64,000 nucleotides of DNA. It comes from Octopus sinensis. Lineage: Eukaryota. The notes below the pieces were generated by a model. It worked only from the letters and a program-made list of their open reading frames with translations, was not told where the DNA came from and searched no databases. The stretch covers positions 97,092,001 to 97,156,000 of the forward strand of contig NC_042998.1 of NCBI RefSeq assembly GCF_006345805.1, given 5' to 3'. The number at the start of each line of letters is the position of its first letter. The stretch's first letter is position 1. The translations under genes were made by a program, and so were the position numbers. Shown in pieces: positions 37,824-50,788 of the stretch.

Positions 37824-38258
37824 GAATTATGTAAATGAAGCATATCATTTTTGTAGTTAACAAAAAAAAAATCATTATTTTGGTTTAACTCATTGCATTA
37901 ATAAATTGTTAGAATTTCTTGATACCAATATAAATTTGAAGATTGTTTGAAGGAAATATTAAAAATACTAAATTAGATATTCTAATTAGAATCAACTAAA
38001 TTAAATGTTCATGCTGTGCAATTTACCATAAGGATGAAAAAAAAAAAGGACTGGATGTCTTTGAAATTTTACTTGAACAAACATCATGGTTGCAAAAAAT
38101 CCAAGTGCTATTATATTCCTTAAAGACAAAAAAATTCTATGGAAAATTAGGAAAACAGTGTCACTTTTGAGCTGATTGATTACCTGTTGAAAAAAAACAA
38201 TAGTTTAAGATGTCTGAATTAATATAACTAAGTGTGAATGTGCATAATATTTTTTCAG

Positions 38259-38376
38259 TGTTCAGTGCAGTCTTGCAATGGCAGCTATTATGCAAAACAT
38301 CCTGCCTGAGAAGTTAAACCCTGTAATCCGGCCTCTAATGGATTGTATAAAGAAAGAAGAAAATCGAGAAATTCAA
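38259..38376 (+). CDS. BTAF1: BTAF1 visible exon 17
   Basis: ttcag|T..CAA|gtatga; LPEKLNPVIRPLMDCIKKEENREIQ. Confidence 0.95.
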
Positions 38377-38639
38377 GTATGATTACTTTTAAATATGTAT
38401 TTTATAAATATTAAATTTCATATTTATATATATGTATGTGTGTTATATTTTGAGTTACTGGATGGTGCAATCTACTTGCCAGTTTCCAGCTTTAAGCATT
38501 AAGATTTAGTTTCTTTAATTTCCATGTAACTGTTAATATATTTAAATTTGATAGAGCACTCTATAATCTCATTTTACATCTGCTCTGACATGCATGTATG
38601 AATTGGATGGGTCTTCTCTAGCACAGCTTCCTGCCACTT

Positions 38640-39070
38640 ATTGCAGTCTTTTGTTGTCTTCTTTATGAGGTTCACTTTACTGAGATCTGCATTTACCACT
38701 TCATTTTTTTCTTATTCAGTTATCCTATTCTGCATGTCCTTCCACATGGGTCACTTGACACTTCTCTGTCCATCTCTCAACCTTTATATTTGTCATATGT
38801 CTATGCCAGCTAGTGCAATTACCTTTTTGCACATTACAGCCAATTCCTCTTATGTCCAGTTTTTCTCTGCTCATTTGCACTGCCATTTGTGCATATCAAC
38901 ATTACACTTCTAGTGAAGCCTGCTCACCTATTTCTTTCTAGCCCTCACATGTCCTCTGCATTCAAAAAACTGTTTTGCTATCATGCAATATCATATTTCA
39001 TACACGACATCATATAACCTGCCCTTCACTTGGAGAGAGAAAACCTTTGTTGTCAGCAGAGGTAATAGCA
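38640..39070 (-). pseudogene. Degenerate RTE RT C-terminal fragment
   Basis: Reverse strand LPLLTTKGFSLQVKGR.. motif with many stops. Confidence 0.6.
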
Positions 39071-39305
39071 CCTTATCTGCTTTGTACTTACACAGGCTAC
39101 TTTATAATAATCTAAGTAGAGTTAGTACCTTAATTTAAACCAAATCAAATCAAGTTAGAAAATATTTATAGTTGAACCTGCACATTTTCATTTGGACAAT
39201 CTCATCATCATCATCATCATTTAACGTCCGCTTTATTATCTATATTAATCCTCATTTCACTCTGTATTTGAAACCTGATTATATATTGGAAATATATTTC
39301 AATTT

Positions 39306-39780
39306 CATCATCATCATTTAATGTCTGCTTTCCATGCTGGCATGGGTTGAACGATTTCACTGGAAACTGTTAAGTTGGTGGGGCTGCACCAGGTTTCAAT
39401 CTGATTTGGTAACATTTCTATGGCTGGATGCCCTTCCTAATGCCAACCAATCTGAGAGTGTAGTGGGTGCTTTTTATGTGTCACTGGCATGGGTGCCATT
39501 GACCTGATACTGGCATCAGCCACAACTACAGTCTCACTTCGATTGACAGGTCAACGCAAGCACGGTGTATCATCAAGGGTCTTGGTCACCTGTCACTGCC
39601 TCCATGAATCCCAACGCTTGAATGGTGGTTTTTATGTGCCATCGGCATGAGTGCCAGTCAGACAGCACTGGCATTAGGCACAATCGTGACCTCACTTGGC
39701 TTGATGTCACTGTCTCCATTAGGCCCAATGCATGAATGGTGCTTTTTACGTGCCACAACTTGGCACTGGCCACAACTAAT
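39306..39780 (-). mobile_element. RTE 3'UTR/tail copy
   Basis: CATCATCATTTAATGTCTGCTTTCCATGCTGG..GGATGCCCTTCCTAATGCCAACC..GGTGCTTTTTA repeats. Confidence 0.8.
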
Positions 39781-42089
39781 TTATTTGAATTATGTTAATG
39801 AAAGATATGCAGTTTGGTCTGAGGTAACTAGAAGTCACAGATTGATTTCATACAGGCTCTCTCATTTTATTTATTACATATTTATGATGATGATCATCAT
39901 CATCATTGACAACGAATGAAAACAAGTCTTTAATTATTCTAATGTGAAACTGTTATGCTTACCTAGACAACCTAATTTTTCTGACAGGATAAGAAACTTC
40001 AATTTTTAAAAAATTACTTGTGTATCTACAATAACAAAATATACATTGTAGCTTCAAGTCAGTTGGGTGGGACGAACTTGTGTGTGTTTCTCTGTTTAGT
40101 TAACTACTGCTGAGTCATAGGATGGACTTCTCAACATCGGTAACAATAATTTCAATGCTCATCTATATCTTCATTAAATATATGAACTATGATTTAAAAA
40201 TATGATAAAACAGTTATTAAGAATATGAACAATATATGTTTCTTTCAACTAGATATATCAGTTAAGAACAAACAAAAGTGTAATTTATCAGTAAACATTT
40301 TCTATTATTCTAAGATTGATTGTTTGGACTTGGTAGAGCTGGGATGGGAGCAAAGTTGAGGAAATTGATTCTAACACATTGCTGGTATTTATTTTAAAAA
40401 GGTAAGGCACACTCTACTAGGATTTGAACTTGCACTGTAAAGGGGCATGCTAAAGTGTTTTTATTTACTTGCTGTTCTTTGCTCATCAAAATATTGTAAT
40501 ATATTTCAAGCATACTATCTATTATGAGACAGTTTGAAATTGATTTATAATTTTCACATCAGTGTAGAGTTTAAATTGTGATTGCACTGAAATTTAATTT
40601 CAACTCTACTATGAATACCCATTTATTTAGATGAAAAGAATAAATAAAAGGCCTTCTAATGTTAACTGAAAGACTAGGTGTAAATTTTATACATCACCAA
40701 CTGTGTAGTGTTGACTTAGCTGACAGAAGATTTTCAGTAGGGAAATTTAAATGCTTATGATTAAACATAAACCTAATGAGAAGCAAGTTTATTTTGCCTT
40801 TTAAATACCAGTTTATTCATTCTGATTTGTGATTTTGGTGCCGGTATACTTATCAAAGGTCATTTGACATTTTCAGTAAAAGCACAAAAGCTTTGGTATG
40901 GTTTTTCTTTGGATGACATTCAAAAGCTGAGTGTTTCTCTACTTTAAAGGGAAAGCTAAGTTTGCTTGATGCAATTTTGGTAAAGTCATTAATATGCAAT
41001 AAATTTTTGGCTTGAGAAAAATTTGATTAATATGGATTACGTGATACTCTGACTTACTTAACATATAAGTCTATCAAGAATGTTGCTACATCTCTTTTGA
41101 AGATATGTATTACATATAGTATCACATTTCTTTCTTTTTCCTAAACACCAAGTAATAAAAAATATGGAGAAAATGGAATTACAGATATAGTACTCTTATG
41201 TATACTGCTATAAGGGAAGTATCTTCACATCATTTTAGTGTCTGCTTTTCAATGATGACATGGGCTGGATAGCTCTGCAGAACAGCAAATTGCCACATGT
41301 CTCAATCTTGTGCCATTTCATCTGCGAAGCCCAAGACCTTGAAATTTGACCTCATCACTTCCTATATCTTCCTTGGTCTTCTGCCACAGACTGCTTCCAC
41401 ATTCAGCATATGGTGCCTTTTAACTTAACATTCATCTTCCATTGTCATCTCAAGCCCATACCAACTACATATCTTACCTGTATATCTCAGCTAACACCAT
41501 TAATGGTAAGTTGTTCTCTTAGCTCATTTGTGCACTGCTTTTCATACAGATTAATGTTAGGCATTCAACCTATTGTTTCTAACTCATTTTTGTTCAGCTT
41601 CTTCTGTGCCCAAGATTCATTACCATGTAGATTCAAACTTCTTACACCTTTTTAATAGTTTATCTTTATCTTTTTGAGCTAGAACGACAAAGTATTTTTG
41701 GAAAGCATCAATCATTCAGAAAGAGGTCTTAGTCTTTTTACTTAAAAAATAATAGTTATGTCTAGAGTCAATTTCATATTTGCTTAAAATTTTAGACTTT
41801 TGTTGGGACTCATAAAAGTTCAGCCACTCTAATAGTTTTCATTTGTATATTCCTGCTCATATTACTCTATTTGATATATTTCACAATTCAGTTGAAAAAG
41901 AATCTTTATATGAAGATGCCTTATGTATACTTACACTTATATTTTTGCCTCCTTACTGTGGGTGACTTAATAACAAGCATTTTGCCATTTGATGCTTTAT
42001 TATCAAAGTTGTCTTTGAGATTCTTTACATGCCTATAATTTAGCTGTTTCTAACTTAATGCTATATTAAGTTAGTTTTCTTCTTGCTAC

Positions 42090-42128
<39 letters not shown>

Positions 42129-42542
42129 AACTTTTAAACTTGTGCTTGGTCAAGCAATTAATCAAACTCATTTGAATGTTTTTTGAGGTGGTATGTAAAG
42201 GATAGGGCATTTTGGAGAAGACTGTTAATGGTCTCACAAGAGTGACCTCTATTCAGTTGGGAAAAATGGCCTTAAATTACTTGTTGATCTTATTAGTCAA
42301 GAAAGCACCTTAGCTCCATACCTAAAATTGATTTAAAAGCAAATTTGTTAATTAAAAAGTTGGTTAATAGAAACTGTATTATGACAACCATGATTGAACA
42401 ATATTGGAATCCTGTTGAGAAATTACAATTTAATTTAAAATCATTCATATTTTGGAACTACTCACAAGTTTTCATCATCTCTTTTAAATATAACAATATT
42501 AAAAAAAAGTGATTTCTTTGAAGATTTTCATTATTTTTCCAG

Positions 42543-42693
42543 ATGTGTGCTGCAAATTGTTTAGCAAGGCTTTTGAAAATGTGTTTATCTCGAACTCCTA
42601 ATCCAAGTGATAAAGTGATAAAAAACCTTTGCACATTCCTGTGTTCAGATTCATCAATAACACCCACTATCAAATTAGCACTCAAAGACTCAG
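42543..42693 (+). CDS. BTAF1: BTAF1 visible exon 18
   Basis: tccag|ATG..G|gtaaat; AANCLARLL..RTPNPSDKVIKNLCTFLCSD. Confidence 0.94.
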
Positions 42694-42867
42694 GTAAATA
42701 ATGTTTTGGTCAGTAAGCTAGAAATTGAAACAAAAAATAATTATTTTCTATGAAATTGTTAAATGTAATTAAATAATTGTATTAGTCTTGAAAATATGTT
42801 TTAGTTGTTCATATAATGTATATCTTACTTTTTGGATTTATTTATGTGTTTAATCTTTTTTTTATAG

Positions 42868-42935
42868 ATGATCAAAATAATGAGGTTGGCTGTACTGAAT
42901 ATTCTGGTATTCTTACATTAACAAACCAACAGAAA
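42868..42935 (+). CDS. BTAF1: BTAF1 visible exon 19
   Basis: tatag|AT..AAA|gtaaga; GCTEYSGILTLTNQQK. Confidence 0.85.
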
Positions 42936-43835
42936 GTAAGATCCTGTTTTATGTTTATATTTTTATAAACTAAAATTAGACAATGTAAGGTGGAGAGGAC
43001 TCTTTCATGTTGAAGATATGGGAACATCTCTAGTGCTGGTGCCACAATACAGTGCATTCTCTATGAAGAGGTTGAGGAACAAATGGAAACTATATAGGGT
43101 AGAGAGGATGGTTCCTTCTTGTCAAAAATATGGCACTATGTCTAATGCTAGTGCCATGATAAAAGCATCCCGTGTACTCTTCTAAGCAGTTGTTAGAAAG
43201 AAAATTCAGTTGTAGAAATTATGCCAAAAATGAAATCTACGAGTGGGATTTGGTGTAGTTCTTTGATTCCACTAGGAAGGTAGTAACTTAGGAAAAAAAA
43301 ATGACTTGGACTGTGATGACCTCTTGCATGGATGGGAAAATTGTTACAATGGTGATGATGAGTCTCTCATCATCATGAAATTGGGATACCTGAAGGTGAC
43401 TTAGTGATAAGATCATCCAAAGTCTAACTAGGTTTGTTCCACTGTTTGATAATGAGTGATAATTTTGATTATGTTTCACAATTAGTAATGGAGAAGGAGC
43501 TCAAATTAGCATTGTGACTGAGTCTCAAGAATGTTAACTGCTATACTTACCCCCTCTCCCTCCCCCTCCATCCCTCTCTATATATAAATGACTTCTGTTA
43601 AAAATGATATGGTCTATGGCAGAGAAACATAAGCTGTAACATTTGAGAATCTGCTGTAATTAGAAAGTTATAGTTAATTGGGGACAGGTTATAATAACAG
43701 TGCTAAGCATCTATGAAAGATAATTACTGTTATGGACAAATAGTGTAAATGATTTGATATAAGTTTTCTACCTCCAGTTAACAGAAAGTGTCAGCTTAAT
43801 ATGCAAAATATTCTTATAAAATTTCTAATTTCTAG

Positions 43836-43928
43836 ACTCCAGAGAAAAACTACAAGAATTGTCAACAGGCTTCAGCTGCTTCTAATGCCTCAGTTGATCT
43901 TAACACAAATGAAAATGAAGTAAATGAG
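43836..43928 (+). CDS. BTAF1: BTAF1 visible exon 20 (in-frame alternative donor after 43919)
   Basis: tctag|ACT..GAA|gtaaat or GAG|gtattt; low-conservation linker, phase 0-0, fits neighbours. Confidence 0.75.
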
Positions 43929-43993
43929 GTATTTATTTTTACTTCTTCCTGTCAGTGAAACTGAAACTAAAAAAGTATATTTACTGTCAGTTT

Positions 43994-44308
43994 CATCATG
44001 ATCATTGTCTTAATGTTTACTTTTCCATGCTTGCATGGGTCAAATGGAGTTTATTGAAGCAGATTTCTAGTGCACTTCCTGTCTGTTTCTAAGCAAGATA
44101 TTTCCTTATGGAAATATTCTGTGGCCAATAGTCTGTTTTTCACAGAATATTGAAAATGAAACACACTGCTTATATGACAGTGACATTCATTTACAACTAT
44201 TATGTAATACCAGCACAAAGACACACACATGATGGGCTTTCAGTTTCCGTCTACCAAATCTGCTCACAAGGCTTTGGTTGACCTGGGCTTAACCACACAA
44301 CCATGTCT
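43994..44308 (-). mobile_element. tRNA-derived SINE, tail type B, internally deleted
   Basis: Homologous to 9543-9936. Confidence 0.65.
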
Positions 44309-44659
44309 GTAACTATTTTGATAATATAACAAAGTTTATTATGACAAGATAATAATGAAGACTGTCCACTTGAGTGAAGATCTAAAGCATATATATAATT
44401 TTGAAATTTTTTTTATTTATCATCCAAGTAATTTCACATACACATAAAATAGATTATGTACATAGAATGAATTACAGAAATTAATATTTTCAAAATTTTT
44501 AAATGTCACTAAGAAGTAACCTAATTTTGATAAAAGCAAATGGCAGAATTATAATAGTTCCTATTAAAATCAGAAAATTACAAGAGCAAGTAAGTTATCT
44601 TAAAATGTTATTTTTTAAGGCATCTTGATTAAAATGGAAATTTTCTCTTTTTTTTACAG

Positions 44660-44801
44660 AAGTTTTTAGCTATTCAACGTGTAGGATCTGAATGTGCATT
44701 AAGTACCATAGCACGTTTGTTTCAAGATGATTTACCCACTGAGGTTCCTGCTCTTTGGTCTAATATTACCTTGAATTTGAATGATAACAAAATCAAAGAA
44801 G
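44660..44801 (+). CDS. BTAF1: BTAF1 visible exon 21
   Basis: tacag|AAG..G|gtatat; IQRVGSECALSTIARLFQDDLPTEVPALW. Confidence 0.92.
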
Positions 44802-44966
44802 GTATATTTTTTGCTTCACCTTTTTAAAATTCGTTTATTTCTTAATGGAATTTAAAAATGCATCTGTATTAAACTTTCATAAGATTGTTTGTGGTTACTT
44901 TTAATAAAAAAAAAAAGTAATGAATTTACTTAGTGAATTGTTTTCCATTATTCTCTCTCTCAGTTA

Positions 44967-45185
44967 AGGTAACAAGGTGGCAGAATCGTTAACGCATTGG
45001 ACAAAATGCTTAATGGCATTTCTTCCAGCTCTTTATGTTCTGAGTTCAGATTCTGCTGAAGTCAACTTTACTTTTCCTTATTTTGGGGTTGATGAAATAA
45101 GTACCAGTTAAGCATTGTGCTGATGTATTCATCTAACCTCCTCTCCCTAAAATTGCTGGCCTTGTGCCCAAATTAGAAAGAATTA
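44967..45185 (+). mobile_element. Full-length Nin-like tRNA-derived SINE
   Basis: TGGCAGAATCGTTA (A-box) .. GAGTTCAGATTC (B-box) .. AAGTCAACTTTAC..GATGAAATAAGTACCAG .. GGCCTTGTGCCCAAATTAGAA. Confidence 0.8.
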
Positions 45186-45807
45186 GTCTCTTCATTAATA
45201 ACTATTAATATTATTAGTAATAAATTATTTGATTAATCCTTGCTATTTTTGTGCTCTACAATCTTTTCATATAATGTAGTTTATTTTGCTTGTACATACT
45301 TATTTTTAATATTATTTTTAAATATTTTGTTTTGCTTTATTCCACCCTGCATTGAATATAATTATTATTCATAATCTTTTAATTGATTACTTATTATAAA
45401 AGCTAGACAATAGAGAGTGGCAGCAAGGGTAATGTAATCTGCCCTGTAATATGTCTTGTGCATGCCTATTGGTTAAACTACATAATATTGAATATTGCAA
45501 GTTGATACTTTTAAGTTATTTATAAAAAAACTCCTAGGAAACTTCATCTCAAATTGAATGGGGTTCATAAATAACATGGAGAAGCAATTTTAGTGACATC
45601 ACTTTTTGTGCCATTCCATTTTTGATGTTACTGAATAATGATAGTAAATTAAAATTTTAATCAAAATTTCATGGAAAATCTTAGTTTATTCTTGAATTGT
45701 CTCCTTCCAAAGTTGTTGACGATATGTTTGAATGAATATTACTTGAGAATTAGTTTAAATTTTACAAATAATAATGTCAATTTTGTTTGTTTGTTTTCTT
45801 TTTCTAG

Positions 45808-45911
45808 CTAATAGTGGTAAACTATCAGAAACAGAATTACAAGAAATTATTAACAGTTTGCAAGTTTTGGAATGTGTAGCTAATGCACTTAGTAAATCTC
45901 TCTTATCTCAA
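45808..45911 (+). CDS. BTAF1: BTAF1 visible exon 22
   Basis: tctag|CT..CAA|gtaaga; QEIINSLQVLECVANAL. Confidence 0.92.
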
Positions 45912-46917
45912 GTAAGATTTTGAAAATTCTCTAAATTTGATAAGCCTGATATAAAGGATCAGATATTTGGATTTATTGTTATTAAATTTTATTGTAATGA
46001 TGTTAAGGTGTCATGTATATAATTAACCAAAAAGAAATCTCCCTCTTTACCTTACAAAAGGAAATCAAGATTCACAATGTTTCTGTAAAGATGATCATTT
46101 CTCTGAAGTAATGGACTTGTTAATTCAACCACATACTCTGAAAGTATAAAAATGTAAGACAGGAAGGGAACAGAGAAAGAGAATTTTTGTTGGTAGACAA
46201 TGTTGGTCAATAAGAAGCTAAACCTAGTCACTAAACATGATGAAAATAGATAGCTGAGTGACTGTGTTCTTGATGTGGAATGATTTTGAATAATCGCAAA
46301 CAGTTATACCTTACTGTTTTAAATAAATACTTTTTGATATATGAATGATGAGGTTGTCATAACTGGAATATCTTTCAGCAAAGTTTTGGGTATACACAAC
46401 TAGAAAACGTACTTGACATTTGACCTACAAGATATAAAAGCTAAATTTCCCTCAAACTACACTCCACTGTCTTAAATTAGGAAATGTCACTTTGGAAAAT
46501 AACTGAGAGAGAGAGAAAAAAAAGAAAGAGAGAGAGAGAAAGAGTTGAATTTATATAGGCGGTGTCCATCAATCAGTGTTGCAGACTATGGAGAGTGCCT
46601 CCCACCTCAAATTCTTATTACAATAACTGGCAGAAAACTACTTGAAAGGCAGTTATTTCAGCTTTTATCATTTTATTTATGGTGCTACCTTGTAAAGAAA
46701 TAAATATATCCATAAGTGAAGCTGTCATGATCTGACAGATTGTCTTATTTTAATTTGTTTGGTTTTCACATGATGGCTGATCAGGCCTCTTTTCAAGTGG
46801 CCTTTTTTAAGAATTCATTTGCTTTTTAAAAGAGTAGATTTCTTATTTAGATAGTTTATTTTTTTTGTTACTGTTTATATTCTTGATTCATTTGATATGT
46901 GGAAATTTCTATTTTAG

Positions 46918-47119
46918 GTCCTAGAATTGCTTCCTGATTTAAGTGGATATCTACAGAACTGCTACACCAGTATCCGTCACTTGGCTTGTCGTGTTGTTGG
47001 TACTCTTGCTCAACTAGATACACTTTTTGTCATGACACACATCATTGAAGTTGTGTTGCCTTACCTTGGTGTCTCAGATAATCTCACACAACGACAAGGG
47101 GCATGTGAAGTTCTAGCCA
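46918..47119 (+). CDS. BTAF1: BTAF1 visible exon 23 (followed by U12-type intron)
   Basis: tttag|GTC..A|gtatcctttt; YTSIRHLACRVVGTL..VLPYLGVSDNLTQRQGACEVLA. Confidence 0.94.
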
Positions 47120-47269
47120 GTATCCTTTTTGTCTTGTATGACGTTTTTTGTTTTATGCAACACCTTAGTTCCAGTCAAGCAATTCTCTCTTTTTTTTCTG
47201 TTTAGAAATAATTTATAATGGGTATAAAATTGTTGTATGGTACGATAAAAAAAAAACGGGAATAATAAT

Positions 47270-47990
47270 CGTAATTTCTTTTCTTAGCCACTGGGGCACA
47301 GATGAAGGGGACATCACAAAGACAGTCAACAATTTGTTGGGGTTTATTTAAAAGATGAGTAAGAAATGGAAAAGATGGTGAAATGCAATAAAAGTGTATA
47401 TAGTATACAAAGTTTGTGATAACATGAAGGTGTCATCCTCCTGATACAGGAGTGACTCTAATTAAGGCCAATCAAACCCCACAAATCCAGGGATACCCAG
47501 TCCACCAAAAATACAAGCCCTCTCCCAACTGTTGTTCTCCATTCTGCAGGCTTGTGCTTGCCATTTTTGCTGTAGTCACCCTCGCCATTTTCGCCATAGT
47601 CACCCATCTTTTCACAAATTCACTGGGAGGTAGCACTTTCCTCTCCACCATCACTATCCTTTTAAGGTGTAATTTCAAAAAGCCAATGAGGGCTTGACTG
47701 AAGAGGAAGGCATCTTTCCTCAATCCTTTCAGCCTTGTCCACTACCCAAGCTCTTTTGTCATAGCCACTAGACAGAGAAACACTGCCTGCCCTGTCTTGT
47801 TAAAGGTGGGCGATTGGGCAATCCTCACAGTGGGTTTGGCCAATAGTCAGATTCATCCCACATGCAATAACATTTGTTTGACTTAATTCCACAAGTCTCG
47901 ACATTGCTTCAATAATACCATTTGTGCATGTGACTGGAATGATTTTTGTAAATTTAGAAATCGACATATTGTTGAGACAACAATATGTCA
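47270..47990 (-). mobile_element. Tx1/L1-like LINE 3' fragment
   Basis: AVFLCLVAMTKEL-WTRLKGL..QALIGFLKLHLKRIVMVERKVL..FVKRWV resembles the L1/Tx1 ORF2 C-terminus (recalled similarity, not searched). Confidence 0.55.
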
Positions 47991-48494
47991 AGCATTGTCT
48001 TTTGTACATTATGCACATTTTAGTCTTCATTTATTGCATTCAATTCAGTGTACTGTAAGTAGTGTATTGTGTTATGTCTAAGAGATAAAACTCATTTGCT
48101 ATAGAAAGGGCACTAGAATGAAAGAAATGGTAAAGTTTAACTGAATGCCATTCAGTATTCAGTTCTATTTATCTATATACCAAGTTCATATTCTACTTAA
48201 GTTCACTATACTTTTTATTCTTCTCTTCAGATCCAATAAAAAGATCCTTGTTTGTATTGGGGTTGATTCAACTGACTGCATGCAAAAAATCAGTAATCTG
48301 AATGGATGTTTAGTTACTTTAAAAATTTTGTACTAAACAATTTATACGATCTTTTTGCCCCAGGAATGCAGTTTTGTATTCTGTAGCCTACTTTCAGTTG
48401 GCCTTTAATCTGTAACAATTTGTATCAATAGCTGTCCCCTCTTTTTTGCTTGATTCAAAATGTTTTTCAACCACCATGCTATATATAGGTATAG

Positions 48495-48680
48495 GTATGG
48501 TTGTCTAGAGATGTAGGCTTGTGTGATTAAGAAGTTTGTTTCGCAGTCAAGTGATTTTAGGTTCAGTCACACTTCATGCCCCTTGAATAAATATTTCTGT
48601 TATAGCCCCAGACAGACCAGATACTTTGTGAGGGAAATTGGTGGACAGAAACTGAAAGAAGCCTGCTCTGTGTGCATGCA
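48495..48680 (+). mobile_element. tRNA-derived SINE 5' half
   Basis: GGCTTGTGTGATTAAGAAG..GGTTCAGTCAC..GAAACTGAAAGAAGCC, then (TGCA/TG)n. Confidence 0.7.
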
Positions 48681-50074
48681 TGCATGCATGTATGTGTGTC
48701 TGAATGTTTATAATCCATGCTGGGCTACAATTACAAACATTGCTGTTTGTAATTGGGTAGAGACTGGCTACTTGTTGACATTTTCTAATAAATAAGCTCT
48801 GTGCTTTCAGATTCCTTTTGATTAAAAAAGAGACACTTACTTGAAAAACATATAAGGTTGGTGACAAAAAGAGCATCCAGCTGTAAAAATCCTGCCCCTA
48901 ATACCTTACTAGCTAACACAGTCATGGGCAAACTGCGACTTTTTGAATGGCATGCTTAATGAAAAATTTCCATGAATTTTTTTTTGTTGTGTAGCCCACC
49001 TGGTGCATGTCTCATACTACCCATTTCTTGGAAAAGGTTGCTCATTCCTGGTCTAACCCATGGTAGCATGGAAAAACAGATGTTAAATGAATGAATATAT
49101 AATTACCATCTGTGTATTGTGCTAAATGTATACAACCATTAGAAGGCATGAAGCTATGGAATTGTCTAAGGTATTCTTTTCATAGACACAATATATATCA
49201 GAGCAAGATGAACATTGTCACTGCAGTGACTCACAAGAATGACAGACATGTTTCACCTTTCTTGAGGCATTATCAATGTTGTGCACCCAATTATCACCTG
49301 CTGAAATTAAATTCCTGCCTTGATATGTAGGAAATATTGAATAAAACATTCTTTGGTATTGTGGAAGGTTGCAGGGCTGTAGAAAAACTCAATATACTCA
49401 ATTGAGAAAAAGAATTAAGATGAAAATCACCAAGATGAAAATCACCATCTTTGTATCATACTTTAGTGTGCACACCACTAGAAGATATGAAGCTGTAGAA
49501 TTGTATGAGATAAGATCTTTTCATAGACTTATTGTGTTAAAAGTACAATATATATGAAGCTGAGATGAGCATCATTGCTGCAGTCACTCACAAGAACAAC
49601 TGATGTGTTTTGCCTTTGATAAGACTTCTTAATACTGTGCATTCAGTTGTCATATGCTTAAATGGAATATAGATATATCAGTGTTTTCGATGCCTATTTA
49701 CTTTCTCAGCTTGTCTAATAAGACCGCTTATTCACCACCCATGCACAATTAATCCTTTTCCTGTTCATTGCATTCATTTGTTTTGTTTCTCTGCTATTAA
49801 ATCGCATGTAGAAGGATCGTATTATCTCCCTTAGTCTTTTGAATAACAAAAGCTCAATGGTTGAACTTGCTTTTGTAGAGTTCTAGGTGGCCCATGATAA
49901 AGAAGTAGTATGAGAAATGGGGAAACAAAGAGAAGTGGGGGGAGTGTTATGCAAATAAAAGCAGATATATGCATAGAAAGACATTAGAATTTTAATTTTC
50001 AGGATGAATTTGTTTCATATTTCCTTTTAATTTTCAGACTGATATTTAAAAAATATAATTTTCTTAACTAGAAG

Positions 50075-50223
50075 ATGTTATTGATCGTCTTGGAGTAAAT
50101 ATAATTCCCTTTATTGTACTACTTGTGGTACCTATCTTGGGTCGAATGTGTGACCAGAATGAAGCTGTTCGACTCATGGCTACTCATTGTTTTGCAACCC
50201 TCATTTGTTTGCTACCTCTTGAG
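50075..50223 (+). CDS. BTAF1: BTAF1 visible exon 24
   Basis: aag|AT..GAG|gtaact; IIPFIVLLVVPILGRMCDQNEAVRLMATHCFATLICLLPLE. Confidence 0.95.
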
Positions 50224-50322
50224 GTAACTTTTATTTAATTTATTTATTCTTTGAAAATATTGTCATGCTTAAGTTTCTTAAGTTTATAATTTAATGTCTA
50301 AATATCAATTTGTATTTTTCAG

Positions 50323-50475
50323 GCAGGCCTTTCTGACAACCCCAAAATGAAAACATCTTTAGTACAACAGAAAGAACGAGAACGCAAGTTCTTAGAGCAG
50401 TTATTAGACAACTCAAAGATTGAAAATTATGTTGTATCTGTTCCAATTACTGCTGAACTTCGTAAATACCAACAG
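50323..50475 (+). CDS. BTAF1: BTAF1 visible exon 25
   Basis: ttcag|GCA..CAG|gtaaat; KERERKFLEQLLD..PITAELRKYQQ (start of SNF2 ATPase). Confidence 0.96.
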
Positions 50476-50606
50476 GTAAATAGTGGGTTTACAAATATAT
50501 ATTACTACCTATCTTTCAGATTTAAAATGTTTAATATATGTTTTATTATTACAATAAGTTCTAATTTTTCTAGGCTTTACTTGTCATTGTCATCATCCTT
50601 CCTGCT

Positions 50607-50788
50607 ATAGGCACAAGGCCTGAAATTTTAAGGGAGGAGTTTGTTGATTACATCAGTCCCAGATCTTAGTTCATTGACCCTGAAAGGATGTCAACCTCGG
50701 AGGAATTTAAACTCAGAATGTAAATACGGACGAAATACTGCTAAGCATTTTGTCTGACTTGCTAATTATTCTACCAACTTGCCACCTT
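50607..50788 (-). mobile_element. Nin-like SINE
   Basis: GACCCTGAAAGGATG..GGAATTTAAACTCAGAATGTAAA..GCTAAGCATTTTG. Confidence 0.75.

Larger units (their letters stand above)
47120..50074 (+). other. U12-type (minor spliceosome) GT-AG intron
   Basis: 5' site GTATCCTTTT matches RTATCCTTT. Branch-like TTTCTTAAC at 50060-50068 lies just before AAG|, with no polypyrimidine tract between them. Phase 1 on both sides restores LA-N-VIDRL. Confidence 0.85.
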
